Positions 40,285 through 49,334 of a stretch of 64,000 bases of DNA are shown here, in pieces. Within the stretch, counting starts at the first letter, position 1; every line of letters begins with the position of its first letter. The notes under the pieces are model-generated. The model was not told where the DNA came from. It was given only the letters and a program-made list of their open reading frames with translations, and searched no databases. Location: assembly GCA_913064725.1 (NCBI GenBank), contig CAJYAI010000007.1, positions 9,723 to 73,722 on the forward strand, in the 5' to 3' direction. The translations under genes were made by a program, and so were the position numbers. This DNA comes from an uncultured Alteromonadaceae bacterium. GTDB lineage: Bacteria > Pseudomonadota > Gammaproteobacteria > Pseudomonadales > Halieaceae.

Positions 40285-41646
40285 ATGGACCAACGCACCG
40301 AACACTTACTCACCGCGCCTGCGCTACCTTTGCTCGTATCGCTATCTATACCGAGCAGCATTGCATTTATTGTTCAGTCGACAGTCAGCCTCACCGAGGT
40401 CTGGTACGTGGGACAGCTGGGTAGCACGCCGCTCGCGGCCATGGCATTGGTGTTTCCTATGCTCATGCTCATGCAGATGCTATCCGTCGGCGCGCTGGGT
40501 AACGCCGTATCGTCAGCGATAGCGAGAGCACTTGGGGCTGGGGACAGAGACAGAGCTGAGCAATTGATGTGGCATGGCCTTGCACTTGCCATTGCCGGCC
40601 CCATCACGTTGCTGATCGCGTTTCTTATCTCTGGCAAATTTTTCCTCTCTCTACTCGGCGGCAGCGGAGCCATTCTCGAGCTTGCCTTCGCTTACAGTGC
40701 CGTGCTGTTCGGTGGCAGCGTCACCATCTGGATAATGGGTGTTGGCAGCTCAATATTTCGGGGGCTTGGCGACATGCGATACCCCGCTCGTATGATGATC
40801 ATTGGCTCTCTGATACAGGTCCCTTTATCAGGTGCATTAGTGCTGGGCTATTTCGGTTCTCCAAAGCTCGGACTGCTCGGCGCAGCGATCTCTGTCATTG
40901 CTACTAGCGCCTTGATGAGTGTGGTGATTGTGCTGCGTCTCGTCCGAGCGGAGCTACCGGCAAATCTGAGACTCAGTAAAGCAGTGTTTCGACTGCGACA
41001 TTTTAACGATATTGGTCGCGTCGCTCTGCCCGCCTCGCTGTCACCTATTTCAACGGTGGCGACCATTTTGATACTGACAGGGCTGGTGGGGCAGTTTGGC
41101 GAGCAGGCCCTCGCAGGCTACGGCATTGGATCCAGAATCGAGTTCTTAATGTCGTCTCTCATCTTTGGTATTGGTGCCGCCATGACCTCAGTTGTCGGCA
41201 CGAGTATTGGCGCTCAAAATGCGGATCGTGCTGAAGAAGTTGGGTGGGTCGGGGCTGGTATGTCCTTTGTCCTTGGCGGGGTCATTGGGACCTTACTCGC
41301 CGTCTTTCCACACATTTGGATCCCTATCTTTACGGATGATCCCGTGGTTTACGATACAGCCAAGCGCTTTATTCAAATTGTCGGGCCCTGTCTGGCGATA
41401 CACGGCGTTGGCTGGGCGCTCTATTTTGCCTCTCAGGGTGCTGGCGCAATGCGCGGGCCCGTAACCGCGCTCATAGCACGTCCCCTCATTGCCGTCGGCG
41501 CCGCAACACTTTTACTCGGCCCTTTTGATCTGGGACTGACAGGCATCTTCCTCGGTGCTGTTGGCGGCATGCTGGCTTATACAGTCATTATCACCGCATC
41601 GGTGCGGGGCGGCGCGTGGCGACGGCAAGTGCCGGTCTCACCCTGA
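40285..41646 (+). CDS. MATE family efflux transporter
   Basis: 453 aa, 12 predicted TM helices in a two-fold repeat architecture. Confidence 0.8.
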   Translation: MDQRTEHLLTAPALPLLVSLSIPSSIAFIVQSTVSLTEVWYVGQLGSTPLAAMALVFPMLMLMQMLSVGALGNAVSSAIARALGAGDRDRAEQLMWHGLALAIAGPITLLIAFLISGKFFLSLLGGSGAILELAFAYSAVLFGGSVTIWIMGVGSSIFRGLGDMRYPARMMIIGSLIQVPLSGALVLGYFGSPKLGLLGAAISVIATSALMSVVIVLRLVRAELPANLRLSKAVFRLRHFNDIGRVALPASLSPISTVATILILTGLVGQFGEQALAGYGIGSRIEFLMSSLIFGIGAAMTSVVGTSIGAQNADRAEEVGWVGAGMSFVLGGVIGTLLAVFPHIWIPIFTDDPVVYDTAKRFIQIVGPCLAIHGVGWALYFASQGAGAMRGPVTALIARPLIAVGAATLLLGPFDLGLTGIFLGAVGGMLAYTVIITASVRGGAWRRQVPVSP

Positions 41647-41652
41647 CACCCA

Positions 41653-42936
41653 TTAATCGCCTTCGGTTTGTTTTTTAGATTGATTCGCGGCATAGCCAAA
41701 GATTCCCTTGGCCATGAGCGAGGTTTCTCCTTCTCGTCGGCGCTGGTAAACCTCAGCCCGCAAAGCGTGGATCGCCTTATTATCTGGCTCGGCTTGAACC
41801 GCGAACTCAGCGAGGTGACAGGCTAAACGCGTATCGCTTTCCGCCAGTGCTTCCGCTCGTTTAGCCAGCTTAACCGCGCCTCCCGCAAGATGGGCAAGTT
41901 CCTCCGCAACCGCTCTGTCCCGAGCGGGCTTCAACTGCGCGGGATTGCCCTCGTACCAACCACCGTATAGGCGCCAGATATTTCGGACCACAAACTCAGG
42001 CTCATCATAAGTCGGCGCTAGATAGGGCTTTTCAAGCAGCTCTGCCCGCACCTTAACGCTATGAATGATGTCATTGAGGGAGGCCCCCTGGTTCATCAAA
42101 TTTATCGTTTGCTCGACCAGGGTTTCCAGCACCTCAGCGGCCTCGTTGAGTACGCTCTGAATACGGTTTCGGCCGCTAATCGGCAAGCCATGTGCAGGTA
42201 GAAATAGCTCTGCGTCGCGCGACGCCATATCACGCAACGCCGCCGCCCACTCTTTCGGATACCGCTGTGCCTTCTGTGGATTGCCAGCATTAGGAAATGC
42301 CCAGATAAAGAAATCACCGGCACAAATCGCCTTATGCTTTGGAATCCATGCCCATGTATGGTCATCGGTTTCGCCCTTTGCATGATTGAGCTCGATATCG
42401 AGACCACCCACAGACATCGTCATGCCTGCGCTATAGGTCACATCGGGCTTCGGTGTTGCAATAGGAAGAAATTGTGAAGCCCCTGCCAAGTCGTAACCCC
42501 GACGCTTAAATTGCCCAAACTGGCGCTCATTGATAACGTGGTTATAGCCGTTGGTCATTCGGTACCGGTCAAAACGGGCTGCGACATTCTCGTGACCAAC
42601 GATGATCGGCTTTCGACCCTCGTAAGCGTCGCAAAAGGCCCCACAACCGCCTACATGATCAATATGCCCATGCGTGAAGACCACAGTATGAAAGGGATCA
42701 TGCGTCCAAGACTGGATGGCGCTGACGCACTTTTTCCCCCCGTGCTCATTGGAGGTATCAAAAGTGACCAGCCCCTCATCAGTCTTGAAGACAATGCAGT
42801 GAGAGAAGGCTTCAACAACGGCGAGGTCCGTCGCCAGCTCAGATAGCTGGTGATTGATTCGATTCAGGGGCCCTAGTGCCTCCGGTGTAACACGCCCATC
42901 GATGATGTCCGCTGACATTGAGAGTAAATCCGCCAC
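41653..42936 (-). CDS. metallo-beta-lactamase-fold hydrolase with alkylsulfatase-type dimerisation region, lacking the SCP2 tail
   Basis: HGHIDHVGG (HxHxDH). C-terminal helical region CHLAEFAVQAEPDNKAIHALRAEVY, as in SdsA1/Bds1-type alkylsulfatases. GTG start preceded by AGGAGA. Confidence 0.7.
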   Translation of the reverse strand: MADLLSMSADIIDGRVTPEALGPLNRINHQLSELATDLAVVEAFSHCIVFKTDEGLVTFDTSNEHGGKKCVSAIQSWTHDPFHTVVFTHGHIDHVGGCGAFCDAYEGRKPIIVGHENVAARFDRYRMTNGYNHVINERQFGQFKRRGYDLAGASQFLPIATPKPDVTYSAGMTMSVGGLDIELNHAKGETDDHTWAWIPKHKAICAGDFFIWAFPNAGNPQKAQRYPKEWAAALRDMASRDAELFLPAHGLPISGRNRIQSVLNEAAEVLETLVEQTINLMNQGASLNDIIHSVKVRAELLEKPYLAPTYDEPEFVVRNIWRLYGGWYEGNPAQLKPARDRAVAEELAHLAGGAVKLAKRAEALAESDTRLACHLAEFAVQAEPDNKAIHALRAEVYQRRREGETSLMAKGIFGYAANQSKKQTEGD

Positions 42937-42950
42937 ACACGTCTCCTTTT

Positions 42951-42980
42951 ATGTTGTGAGTATCGGCCACATGTTGTGAG
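42951..42980. promoter_or_regulatory. direct repeat ATGTTGTGAG x2 (20-bp period) immediately upstream of the MBL-hydrolase start
   Basis: Identical 10-mers at 42951-42960 and 42971-42980, 15-45 nt upstream of the GTG at complement 42936. Confidence 0.3.
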
Positions 42981-43152
42981 CGTCCGGCACCGAGTGCGCT
43001 CAGTAGGCAGCTACCCGTGAGCGCCACCATTGATCGCCACGCACTCCTAAAAAATCCCAAGAACTGTAACGCTACGCCAACTCGCCTAATAGCGCTTCAC
43101 CTGATGTTCTCACATTTGCAATCGACACTCACAGCACCGCTCTATCTGATCA

Positions 43153-43208
43153 CTGTTCTCTGTTCTCTGATCTCTGCTACCTACTACCTACTAACTGTTG
43201 CTTACTGT
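43153..43208. repeat. degenerate heptanucleotide array (8 units)
   Basis: ctgttct ctgttct ctgatct ctgctac ctactac ctactaa ctgttgc ttactgt. Confidence 0.85.
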
Positions 43209-43378
43209 CGGCCGATCATTAAGCGTGATCGTCAGTCCACGCGAGATGTAAGACCACCACCTTCCTCTGCTGAGTATTTCCGCTACACTAAGCCGTTCGG
43301 GTAAGCCACGAACCACCCGATCGCTGCAAAACGATTGCCGTCACGAGACAGCGCAGAAACCATCGAGGAACGTGAAAC

Positions 43379-44266
43379 ATGAACGACGTGTTAACGGTGA
43401 TGCAAGATGACTGGGTCATGATGGCTCTGCCCTTCTTTTTTGGCGCGTTATTTATTGAGGTGTTGTGGGCTTACCGAAGTAGCACCAAGCATTACGAGAT
43501 CGTTGATTTCTGGACCAGTATGCGGGTGATGGTGCTCACGGTGTTCGTCGATCTAGGTCCTAAATTTATGGGCATTGCCCTCATGTTCGGCGCCTACGCC
43601 CTATCACCGCTCAAAGGTATGATCGATACCAGCTGGTATTGGTGGGTCTTACTCTTCTTCTTGGATGATCTCACCTACTACACCTTCCACCGCGGTAATC
43701 ATGAGGTGCGTTTACTGTGGGCAGGTCATGTGTCGCACCATAGTTCGCAGTATTACAATTTGGGAACTGCGCTGCGGCAAGGTGTAGGCGAACGCGTGCT
43801 GAAATACCCTTTCTGGGTGCCGTTAGCACTCATCGGTTTCCACCCTGGAATGATTGTCACCATGCTCAGTATTAGTCTTATTTATCAATACTGGCTGCAC
43901 ACAGAAGCCTTTTACAAATTCCCAAAACCGATCGAGTTTATTTTCAATACACCCTCACACCACCGCGTCCACCACGGATCGAATGTGCGCTATCTCGACC
44001 GGAATCATGGTGCGACGCTCATTATTTGGGATCGTCTCTTCGGCACGTTCTCCGAGGAAATTGCTGAGGAGCCCGTGACCTACGGACTGACCAAAAATAT
44101 CCAAACCAATAAGGTGCTCAAGGTCGCCTTCGGGGAATACGCAGCCATGTGGCGGGACGTCAAGCGCGCCGAGCGCTGGACCGATAAGCTGCGGTACATT
44201 GTTAAGGCGCCTGGATGGAGTCATGATGGTCCGGATCTTAGGTCTGATACCTTACGGCAGGCGTGA
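43379..44266 (+). CDS. fatty acid hydroxylase / sterol desaturase family membrane protein
   Basis: His boxes HRGNHE, HVSHH, HRVHH. Clear paralog of 3565-4779. Confidence 0.8.
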   Translation: MNDVLTVMQDDWVMMALPFFFGALFIEVLWAYRSSTKHYEIVDFWTSMRVMVLTVFVDLGPKFMGIALMFGAYALSPLKGMIDTSWYWWVLLFFLDDLTYYTFHRGNHEVRLLWAGHVSHHSSQYYNLGTALRQGVGERVLKYPFWVPLALIGFHPGMIVTMLSISLIYQYWLHTEAFYKFPKPIEFIFNTPSHHRVHHGSNVRYLDRNHGATLIIWDRLFGTFSEEIAEEPVTYGLTKNIQTNKVLKVAFGEYAAMWRDVKRAERWTDKLRYIVKAPGWSHDGPDLRSDTLRQA

Positions 44267-44670
44267 AAGGTGCTATGCCCGATAAAATTATCGCCATTTA
44301 TGACGCCGATCTCACGATCGCAGGAGAGCTGTCCTACGCCATAGGCAAACTGACTGGGACGAGAAACTGTGCGCTCTGCGATATATCACACGGCCTAAAT
44401 CCCATCGGAAAGGGCAGATGGCGCAGCTACAGAAAATTGCATCCGGCCATCAACTGGCTACACCGAAATGATATCTCCGACCAAATGCGTGATGCGCTGC
44501 CGTGCTCGCTCCCGTGTGTCGTACTGCAATGCGACAGTGGAACACTTATCGAGCTCATGAACAGCGCAGACTTGGCGTCCTGCGACGGCGATTTGACGAC
44601 ATTTGATCAGCGCCTTAAAGCGGTGCTGTCAGAGCACCAAATCAGCATCGATGGCGCACTCGCATCATAA
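44263..44670 (+). CDS. small Cys-rich hypothetical protein (CxxC)
   Basis: 135 aa. CALC motif plus four further Cys (PCSLPCVVLQC, SC). GTG overlaps the upstream stop (GTGA). An alternative ATG lies at 44275. Its 3' end overlaps the convergent P450 gene by 29 nt. Confidence 0.4.
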   Translation: MKGAMPDKIIAIYDADLTIAGELSYAIGKLTGTRNCALCDISHGLNPIGKGRWRSYRKLHPAINWLHRNDISDQMRDALPCSLPCVVLQCDSGTLIELMNSADLASCDGDLTTFDQRLKAVLSEHQISIDGALAS

Positions 44671-46018
44671 CTTGCTCAGCCGGTCGGGTTGTCAACCGAG
44701 CAGCAGGCACGACCTGCTGGCCTGGTACTAGCTCAACATCAAAGCGGCTTATCAGCTGCGCCATAATGAGCAAGCTCTCTACTTGGGCAAAGCCCGCTCC
44801 CACACAAATATGGGGGCCTTGGCCAAACGGAATATAAGCCCCGCTGTTGAGTGTTTTTTCATTCTCCGGCAAAAAGCGCTCGGGAATAAAGGCGTGCGGT
44901 TCCGTCCAATACTTACTGTGTCGCTGAAGTGTCCAGGGGGCGATCATGACGAGGGCGCCTTTCGGTAAGCGCTTCCCCTCGATCTCAACTCTCTCCAGCG
45001 CTACGCGGGGCACAAACGTAATCGGCGGATAGAGTCGCAAGACCTCTTTGAAAAAGGCACGTGTCAGCGGTAACTTTTTAGTCTCTTCAAATGACAACTG
45101 CCCAGTCGCCATGAAGGGATCTATTTCGGCTCGCAGCCTCGCCATCCACTCTGGTCGTTCGGCCAAAATATAGAAAACCCAGGTGAGAGCGCTCGCAGTG
45201 GTCTCGTGACCGGCGAGAAAAAAGACACCTAACTGGTCTATTAATTCATCTCGCGTAAAGGGCAAACCGGTGTCTTTATCCTTCGCTTCAATGACCGCTG
45301 ACGCAATGTCATTGAATTGATTGGCATCCCCATCTAAATGGGTATCAATCAGTGTGCCTATGTGATGCCGGATACGCTCGCACGCAGCCAGCACCTCGGG
45401 CGACTGCCTCGTTTCCGACCACGCGGGTTTTAAAATCATGCCCAGAATGTCGACTTGCGCCACGGATTTTTCAAACAATGTAAAGTCATCGAACACCTCT
45501 TTCGCGACATCCGACGCAAGCGGCGTAGAGAAGACGGTCCGACAAATGACATCGGCGGTCAGGTGACTCATCGCCAAATCAAGTGAAAATGCCCTGCCCT
45601 GGGTTGCCAATGCGCCAATCGCAGCCACGTGATCATCAGTGGCGGCGCACATCGCGCTGTAGGCGATATTAAGTCGCATCAGGCTAAACGCTGGGTCGAT
45701 CATGGCACGCTGACGGCGCCACTTAGGTCCATCCGTGACAAACATGCTTTCACCAATGAGTGGATCGAGTGCGCCTACCATCAGATCACTTTTGGGGAAT
45801 ACGCCGTGCTCGTCACGCATTATTTCTTTAACAGCCGAGGGCCTATTAAACAGCACAGTTCCGCGGCGTGAGCGCCCCAAATGTCCTACCTCAAAGTGAT
45901 AGGCCTCAGCGGGTAACAGCTCTAGAAGGTTCCCGTCGCCTTTCCAGAGCGAGCGAATTAAAGCAATTACCGCTGGAAGCGAGTTTGGCTTTGGTGGTAT
46001 GTAAAGTGTTTCATCCAC
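44642..46018 (-). CDS. cytochrome P450
   Basis: Haem-binding FGQGPHICVGAGFA. ExxR (EVLRLYPP). I-helix-like FFLAGHETTA. Confidence 0.85.
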   Translation of the reverse strand: MDETLYIPPKPNSLPAVIALIRSLWKGDGNLLELLPAEAYHFEVGHLGRSRRGTVLFNRPSAVKEIMRDEHGVFPKSDLMVGALDPLIGESMFVTDGPKWRRQRAMIDPAFSLMRLNIAYSAMCAATDDHVAAIGALATQGRAFSLDLAMSHLTADVICRTVFSTPLASDVAKEVFDDFTLFEKSVAQVDILGMILKPAWSETRQSPEVLAACERIRHHIGTLIDTHLDGDANQFNDIASAVIEAKDKDTGLPFTRDELIDQLGVFFLAGHETTASALTWVFYILAERPEWMARLRAEIDPFMATGQLSFEETKKLPLTRAFFKEVLRLYPPITFVPRVALERVEIEGKRLPKGALVMIAPWTLQRHSKYWTEPHAFIPERFLPENEKTLNSGAYIPFGQGPHICVGAGFAQVESLLIMAQLISRFDVELVPGQQVVPAARLTTRPAEQVMMRVRHRC

Positions 46019-46066
46019 GAAAACTATCCAATAGTATTGACATCACTGACAGTATGGAGACCGGAT

Positions 46067-46813
46067 ATGACCCTGTCGACCCATGGTATCTTCGAATCAC
46101 TGGTGATCATGCATATCATCACTGGCACTGTGGGGCTGGTCTCTGTCTGGATCCCCATAGGCGGAAAGAAAGGCGGCCTGCTCCACCGACAGGCGGGTAA
46201 CATTTTTATTACCAGCATGCTGACGACCGGATTGATAGCAACCGGCATTTCGATCACCACCCTGATAAATCCAACCGGCACACACCCCCATCTCTCGAGC
46301 CATGAGCTTTTTCAAAATCCTGACATGATCGCGGGAATTTTTGGCTGGATGATGCTTTACCTCGCCACACTGACCATAAACCTCGCATGGCATGGCTGGC
46401 TGTGTATGCGCAACAAGCGCGATCATCAGAAGAATGGTGCTTGGCACAATCTACTGCTACAGGCCATCTTGACGGCGACATCGGCCAATTGTTTCGCGCG
46501 CGGCGTTGCACTCGAGCAGCCCATGATGATGGGCATCGCATTCGTTGGTTTTGCCACAGTCGCGACCAATCTTTGGTTTATTTACCGACAGCCATCATCA
46601 CCTAAAACCCGCATCAAAGAACACATCAAGTCGCTAGTAGGTGCCGGGATTTCCGTTTACACAGCGTTCTTTGCCTTCGGTGCGGTTCGACTGCTGCCCG
46701 AGTTGGCCTTAACACCCGGCCTCTGGGCTGTACCACTTGTCACGGGGCTCGCATTGATCATTTACCATCAGCGAGCGGTTATGACGCCATCTCGTCAAAC
46801 CCAGCTCACATAG
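46067..46813 (+). CDS. polytopic membrane protein of unknown function
   Basis: About 6-7 hydrophobic helices. ATG at 46067 preferred over TTG at 46037. Its stop overlaps the start of the downstream desaturase (TAGTG). Confidence 0.5.
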   Translation: MTLSTHGIFESLVIMHIITGTVGLVSVWIPIGGKKGGLLHRQAGNIFITSMLTTGLIATGISITTLINPTGTHPHLSSHELFQNPDMIAGIFGWMMLYLATLTINLAWHGWLCMRNKRDHQKNGAWHNLLLQAILTATSANCFARGVALEQPMMMGIAFVGFATVATNLWFIYRQPSSPKTRIKEHIKSLVGAGISVYTAFFAFGAVRLLPELALTPGLWAVPLVTGLALIIYHQRAVMTPSRQTQLT

Positions 46814-48297
46814 TGTCAAAGACGGCGGTCATTATTGGCGCTGGCGCCGGCGGACTGTCTGCCGCGGTCGATCTCGCAGTCGCCGGCTGGCAAGTTGACG
46901 TCTTCGATAGCAACTCCGAGCCCGGTGGTAAAATGCACCAGAGGCAAGTCGGCGACGTCAGCATTAACGGTGGTCCGACTGTCTTTACCATGCACTGGGT
47001 CTTCGACGAATTATTTAAGCGCGCCGGCGCCAAGCTGGACTCGCGCGTAAGACTGACCGAAAGTAAACGGTTGGCGCGCCACGCTTGGGCAGATGGCAGC
47101 CATTTGGACTTATTCCACGACATGGACCAATCAGCCGCCGCAATAGCGCATTTTTCCGACGATCAAAATGCCGAGGGCTATCGCCGCTTTTGCGCACATG
47201 GAGAACTCGTCCACGACCTATTGCGCGATAATTTCATGGCCACAGCACAGCCCTCACCTATACGACTTGGATATCGTCTGCTCCGAGACGGTGGCCTCAA
47301 CGCCTTGGCTGTCGCGCCCCATAAGACACTTTGGCAGGCACTTGGCCATTACTTTACTGACCCGCGTCTGCGACAACTCTACGGACGCTACGCGACCTAC
47401 GTAGGTTCTTCCCCTCTGTCCACACCGTCCACCTTGATGCTAGTTGCACACGTTGAGCGGCAAGGCGTGTGGTGTGTCGATGGTGGTATGCGGGCGCTGG
47501 CGCAGTCAATCGCGGAACTGGGTGAAGAGCATGGTGCTAAATTTCACTTCAACAGTCACGTGGCAACAGTCGACTGCACCAATGGTCACGCCACTGGCGT
47601 CACATTGACGTCAGGAGAGTCGGTTTCAGCCGATGTCGTTATTTTTAACGGTGACGCGGCGGCACTTAGCGATGGCTTACTGGGCACTGCGGTCTCTAGA
47701 TCAGTTCCGACGCGTGCACCAAGTGCACGAGGCCTATCGGCGATAACATGGTGCATTAATGGGTCAACCTCGGGCTTTGACCTCGACTACCACAATGTCT
47801 TCTTTGCAGACGACTACCAGAAGGAATTTACCAGCATCTTTGAGGAGGGACGCATCTGCGCTGAACCGACTGTATATGTCTGTGCTCAGGACCGCGTCAA
47901 CGGCGGCCTGACTCGAGCGGGCGACGAGCGCTTATTGCTACTCATTAATGCACCGGCCCATGGCGATCGAACGACGTGGACGTCTGACGACCTTCGGCAG
48001 CAACGTGAAAAAGCGTTCCGAGTGCTGGCCAGAGGTGGCTTGTCTATCGATTTCCAAGAGGAGGCTTGCCTCGCTACGGCCCCCTATGACTGGAACGAGA
48101 GATTCCCGGCCAGCGGTGGATCTCTGTATGGCGCCGCATCCCACGGTATGTTCTCGAGCTTCTCAAGACCCTCAGCCAAGACCCAGATACAGGGCCTTTA
48201 CTTGGCAGGCGGTAGCGCACACCCGGGACCCGGTGTACCCATGGCTACGCTATCTGGCTCCTTAGCTGCCCGTCAAATTTTGGGCGACGCCGCTTGA
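46813..48297 (+). CDS. crtD: CrtI-family FAD-dependent carotenoid desaturase, probably hydroxyneurosporene/methoxyneurosporene 3,4-desaturase
   Basis: VIIGAGAGGLSAAVDLAVAG dinucleotide fold. GGPTVFTMHWVFDELF and LARHAWADGSHLDLF regions resemble CrtD as I remember it. crtC and crtF are present in the window while no other crtD is. Confidence 0.6.
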   Translation: MSKTAVIIGAGAGGLSAAVDLAVAGWQVDVFDSNSEPGGKMHQRQVGDVSINGGPTVFTMHWVFDELFKRAGAKLDSRVRLTESKRLARHAWADGSHLDLFHDMDQSAAAIAHFSDDQNAEGYRRFCAHGELVHDLLRDNFMATAQPSPIRLGYRLLRDGGLNALAVAPHKTLWQALGHYFTDPRLRQLYGRYATYVGSSPLSTPSTLMLVAHVERQGVWCVDGGMRALAQSIAELGEEHGAKFHFNSHVATVDCTNGHATGVTLTSGESVSADVVIFNGDAAALSDGLLGTAVSRSVPTRAPSARGLSAITWCINGSTSGFDLDYHNVFFADDYQKEFTSIFEEGRICAEPTVYVCAQDRVNGGLTRAGDERLLLLINAPAHGDRTTWTSDDLRQQREKAFRVLARGGLSIDFQEEACLATAPYDWNERFPASGGSLYGAASHGMFSSFSRPSAKTQIQGLYLAGGSAHPGPGVPMATLSGSLAARQILGDAA

Positions 48298-49196
48298 AGA
48301 CCGGCAAAGAAGGTCTCCATCGCCGCAATCGTCTCCCGCGGCTGCTCCCATTGGGGCATGCCTAAGCTTGGTGCTATGCGCTGAAAATGCCACTGCGGTT
48401 GATCCTCAAATTCTGCGAACCGCTCGAATGACACGTTGGGGTCCTGATCGAATAAAACTAGCACCGGCAAGTCAAGCCGTCGGTAGAGAGTCGTAACAGC
48501 ATCTGGGGTAAATAGACCCATTGCTAAAAACTGAAGTGGCATCTCATGCGCATCGGGCGCTCGTGTGGTCTTTAGCGCATAGCTGATCAGTTCATTGGGG
48601 ACGAACCCCGAGAAATTCATGCCGTAAAAATAGCGAATACTGCGCTCTAGCCTCAGCAACTTAAAGGCGTTGCGTCCAAGGCCCGCGAAATCAAATACCC
48701 TTTTCAGCCGCTTCTGTGTCGCAGGTGCTGGTACCGGACGCGCGGAAAAGCCGCTCGGCGAAATGAGCGTCAGACTTCGCACTCGCGCACCCGCCTCAAC
48801 GATGGCCCTAGCCACAAACTCGCAGCCCAGAGAGAGAGCAACCACATCAGGTGCTTCATCACTGTTCATTTGCTCCAGTAATATGGATATCTCTCGAGCG
48901 AAGTCGCTGGGGGTAAATTGACCGACCGATCGAGTCGAACGTCCAAAACCTGGAAGATCGGGTGCAACCACAGGTCGAGATAATCGAAAGTGTTGAAATA
49001 GCGGCTTTAACTCAATCGCGCTGGGCGCCGCGTTGATACTGTGAATCAAAACGAGCGGACGGCCCTGCGACTCCCGATCAAAATAGCAATAGATCTGATA
49101 GTTACCGGTGCCGTCAACGAACTCTCCATCACTATCAATCGCCTGATCTAACTGATGCATAACGCTTATCCCTGAACTGTCGGTGTCTATACGCAA
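48273..49196 (-). CDS. alpha/beta-fold hydrolase, divergent from bchI
   Basis: 307 aa. Nucleophile elbow ALSLG. Its 3' end overlaps the crtD-like gene by 25 nt. Confidence 0.7.
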   Translation of the reverse strand: MRIDTDSSGISVMHQLDQAIDSDGEFVDGTGNYQIYCYFDRESQGRPLVLIHSINAAPSAIELKPLFQHFRLSRPVVAPDLPGFGRSTRSVGQFTPSDFAREISILLEQMNSDEAPDVVALSLGCEFVARAIVEAGARVRSLTLISPSGFSARPVPAPATQKRLKRVFDFAGLGRNAFKLLRLERSIRYFYGMNFSGFVPNELISYALKTTRAPDAHEMPLQFLAMGLFTPDAVTTLYRRLDLPVLVLFDQDPNVSFERFAEFEDQPQWHFQRIAPSLGMPQWEQPRETIAAMETFFAGLQAASPKI

Positions 49197-49251
49197 GCCA
49201 CCCAGCGCAGACCTTTACAAACAAAAAATACACAAAATTTGACAATTTATA

Positions 49252-49269
49252 TGTTTAAATAAAGTGACA
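49252..49269. promoter_or_regulatory. TGT-N12-ACA palindrome (PpsR/CrtJ-type site) between the alpha/beta hydrolase gene and bchI
   Basis: TGTttaaataaagtgACA with an AT-rich spacer, 66 nt upstream of the bchI ATG. Confidence 0.6.
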
Positions 49270-49334
49270 TTAATCCTATGCAGACAATCTGTATGGGCGA
49301 GCTCAAGTCAATTGAGCCATACATGGGGGGAATC

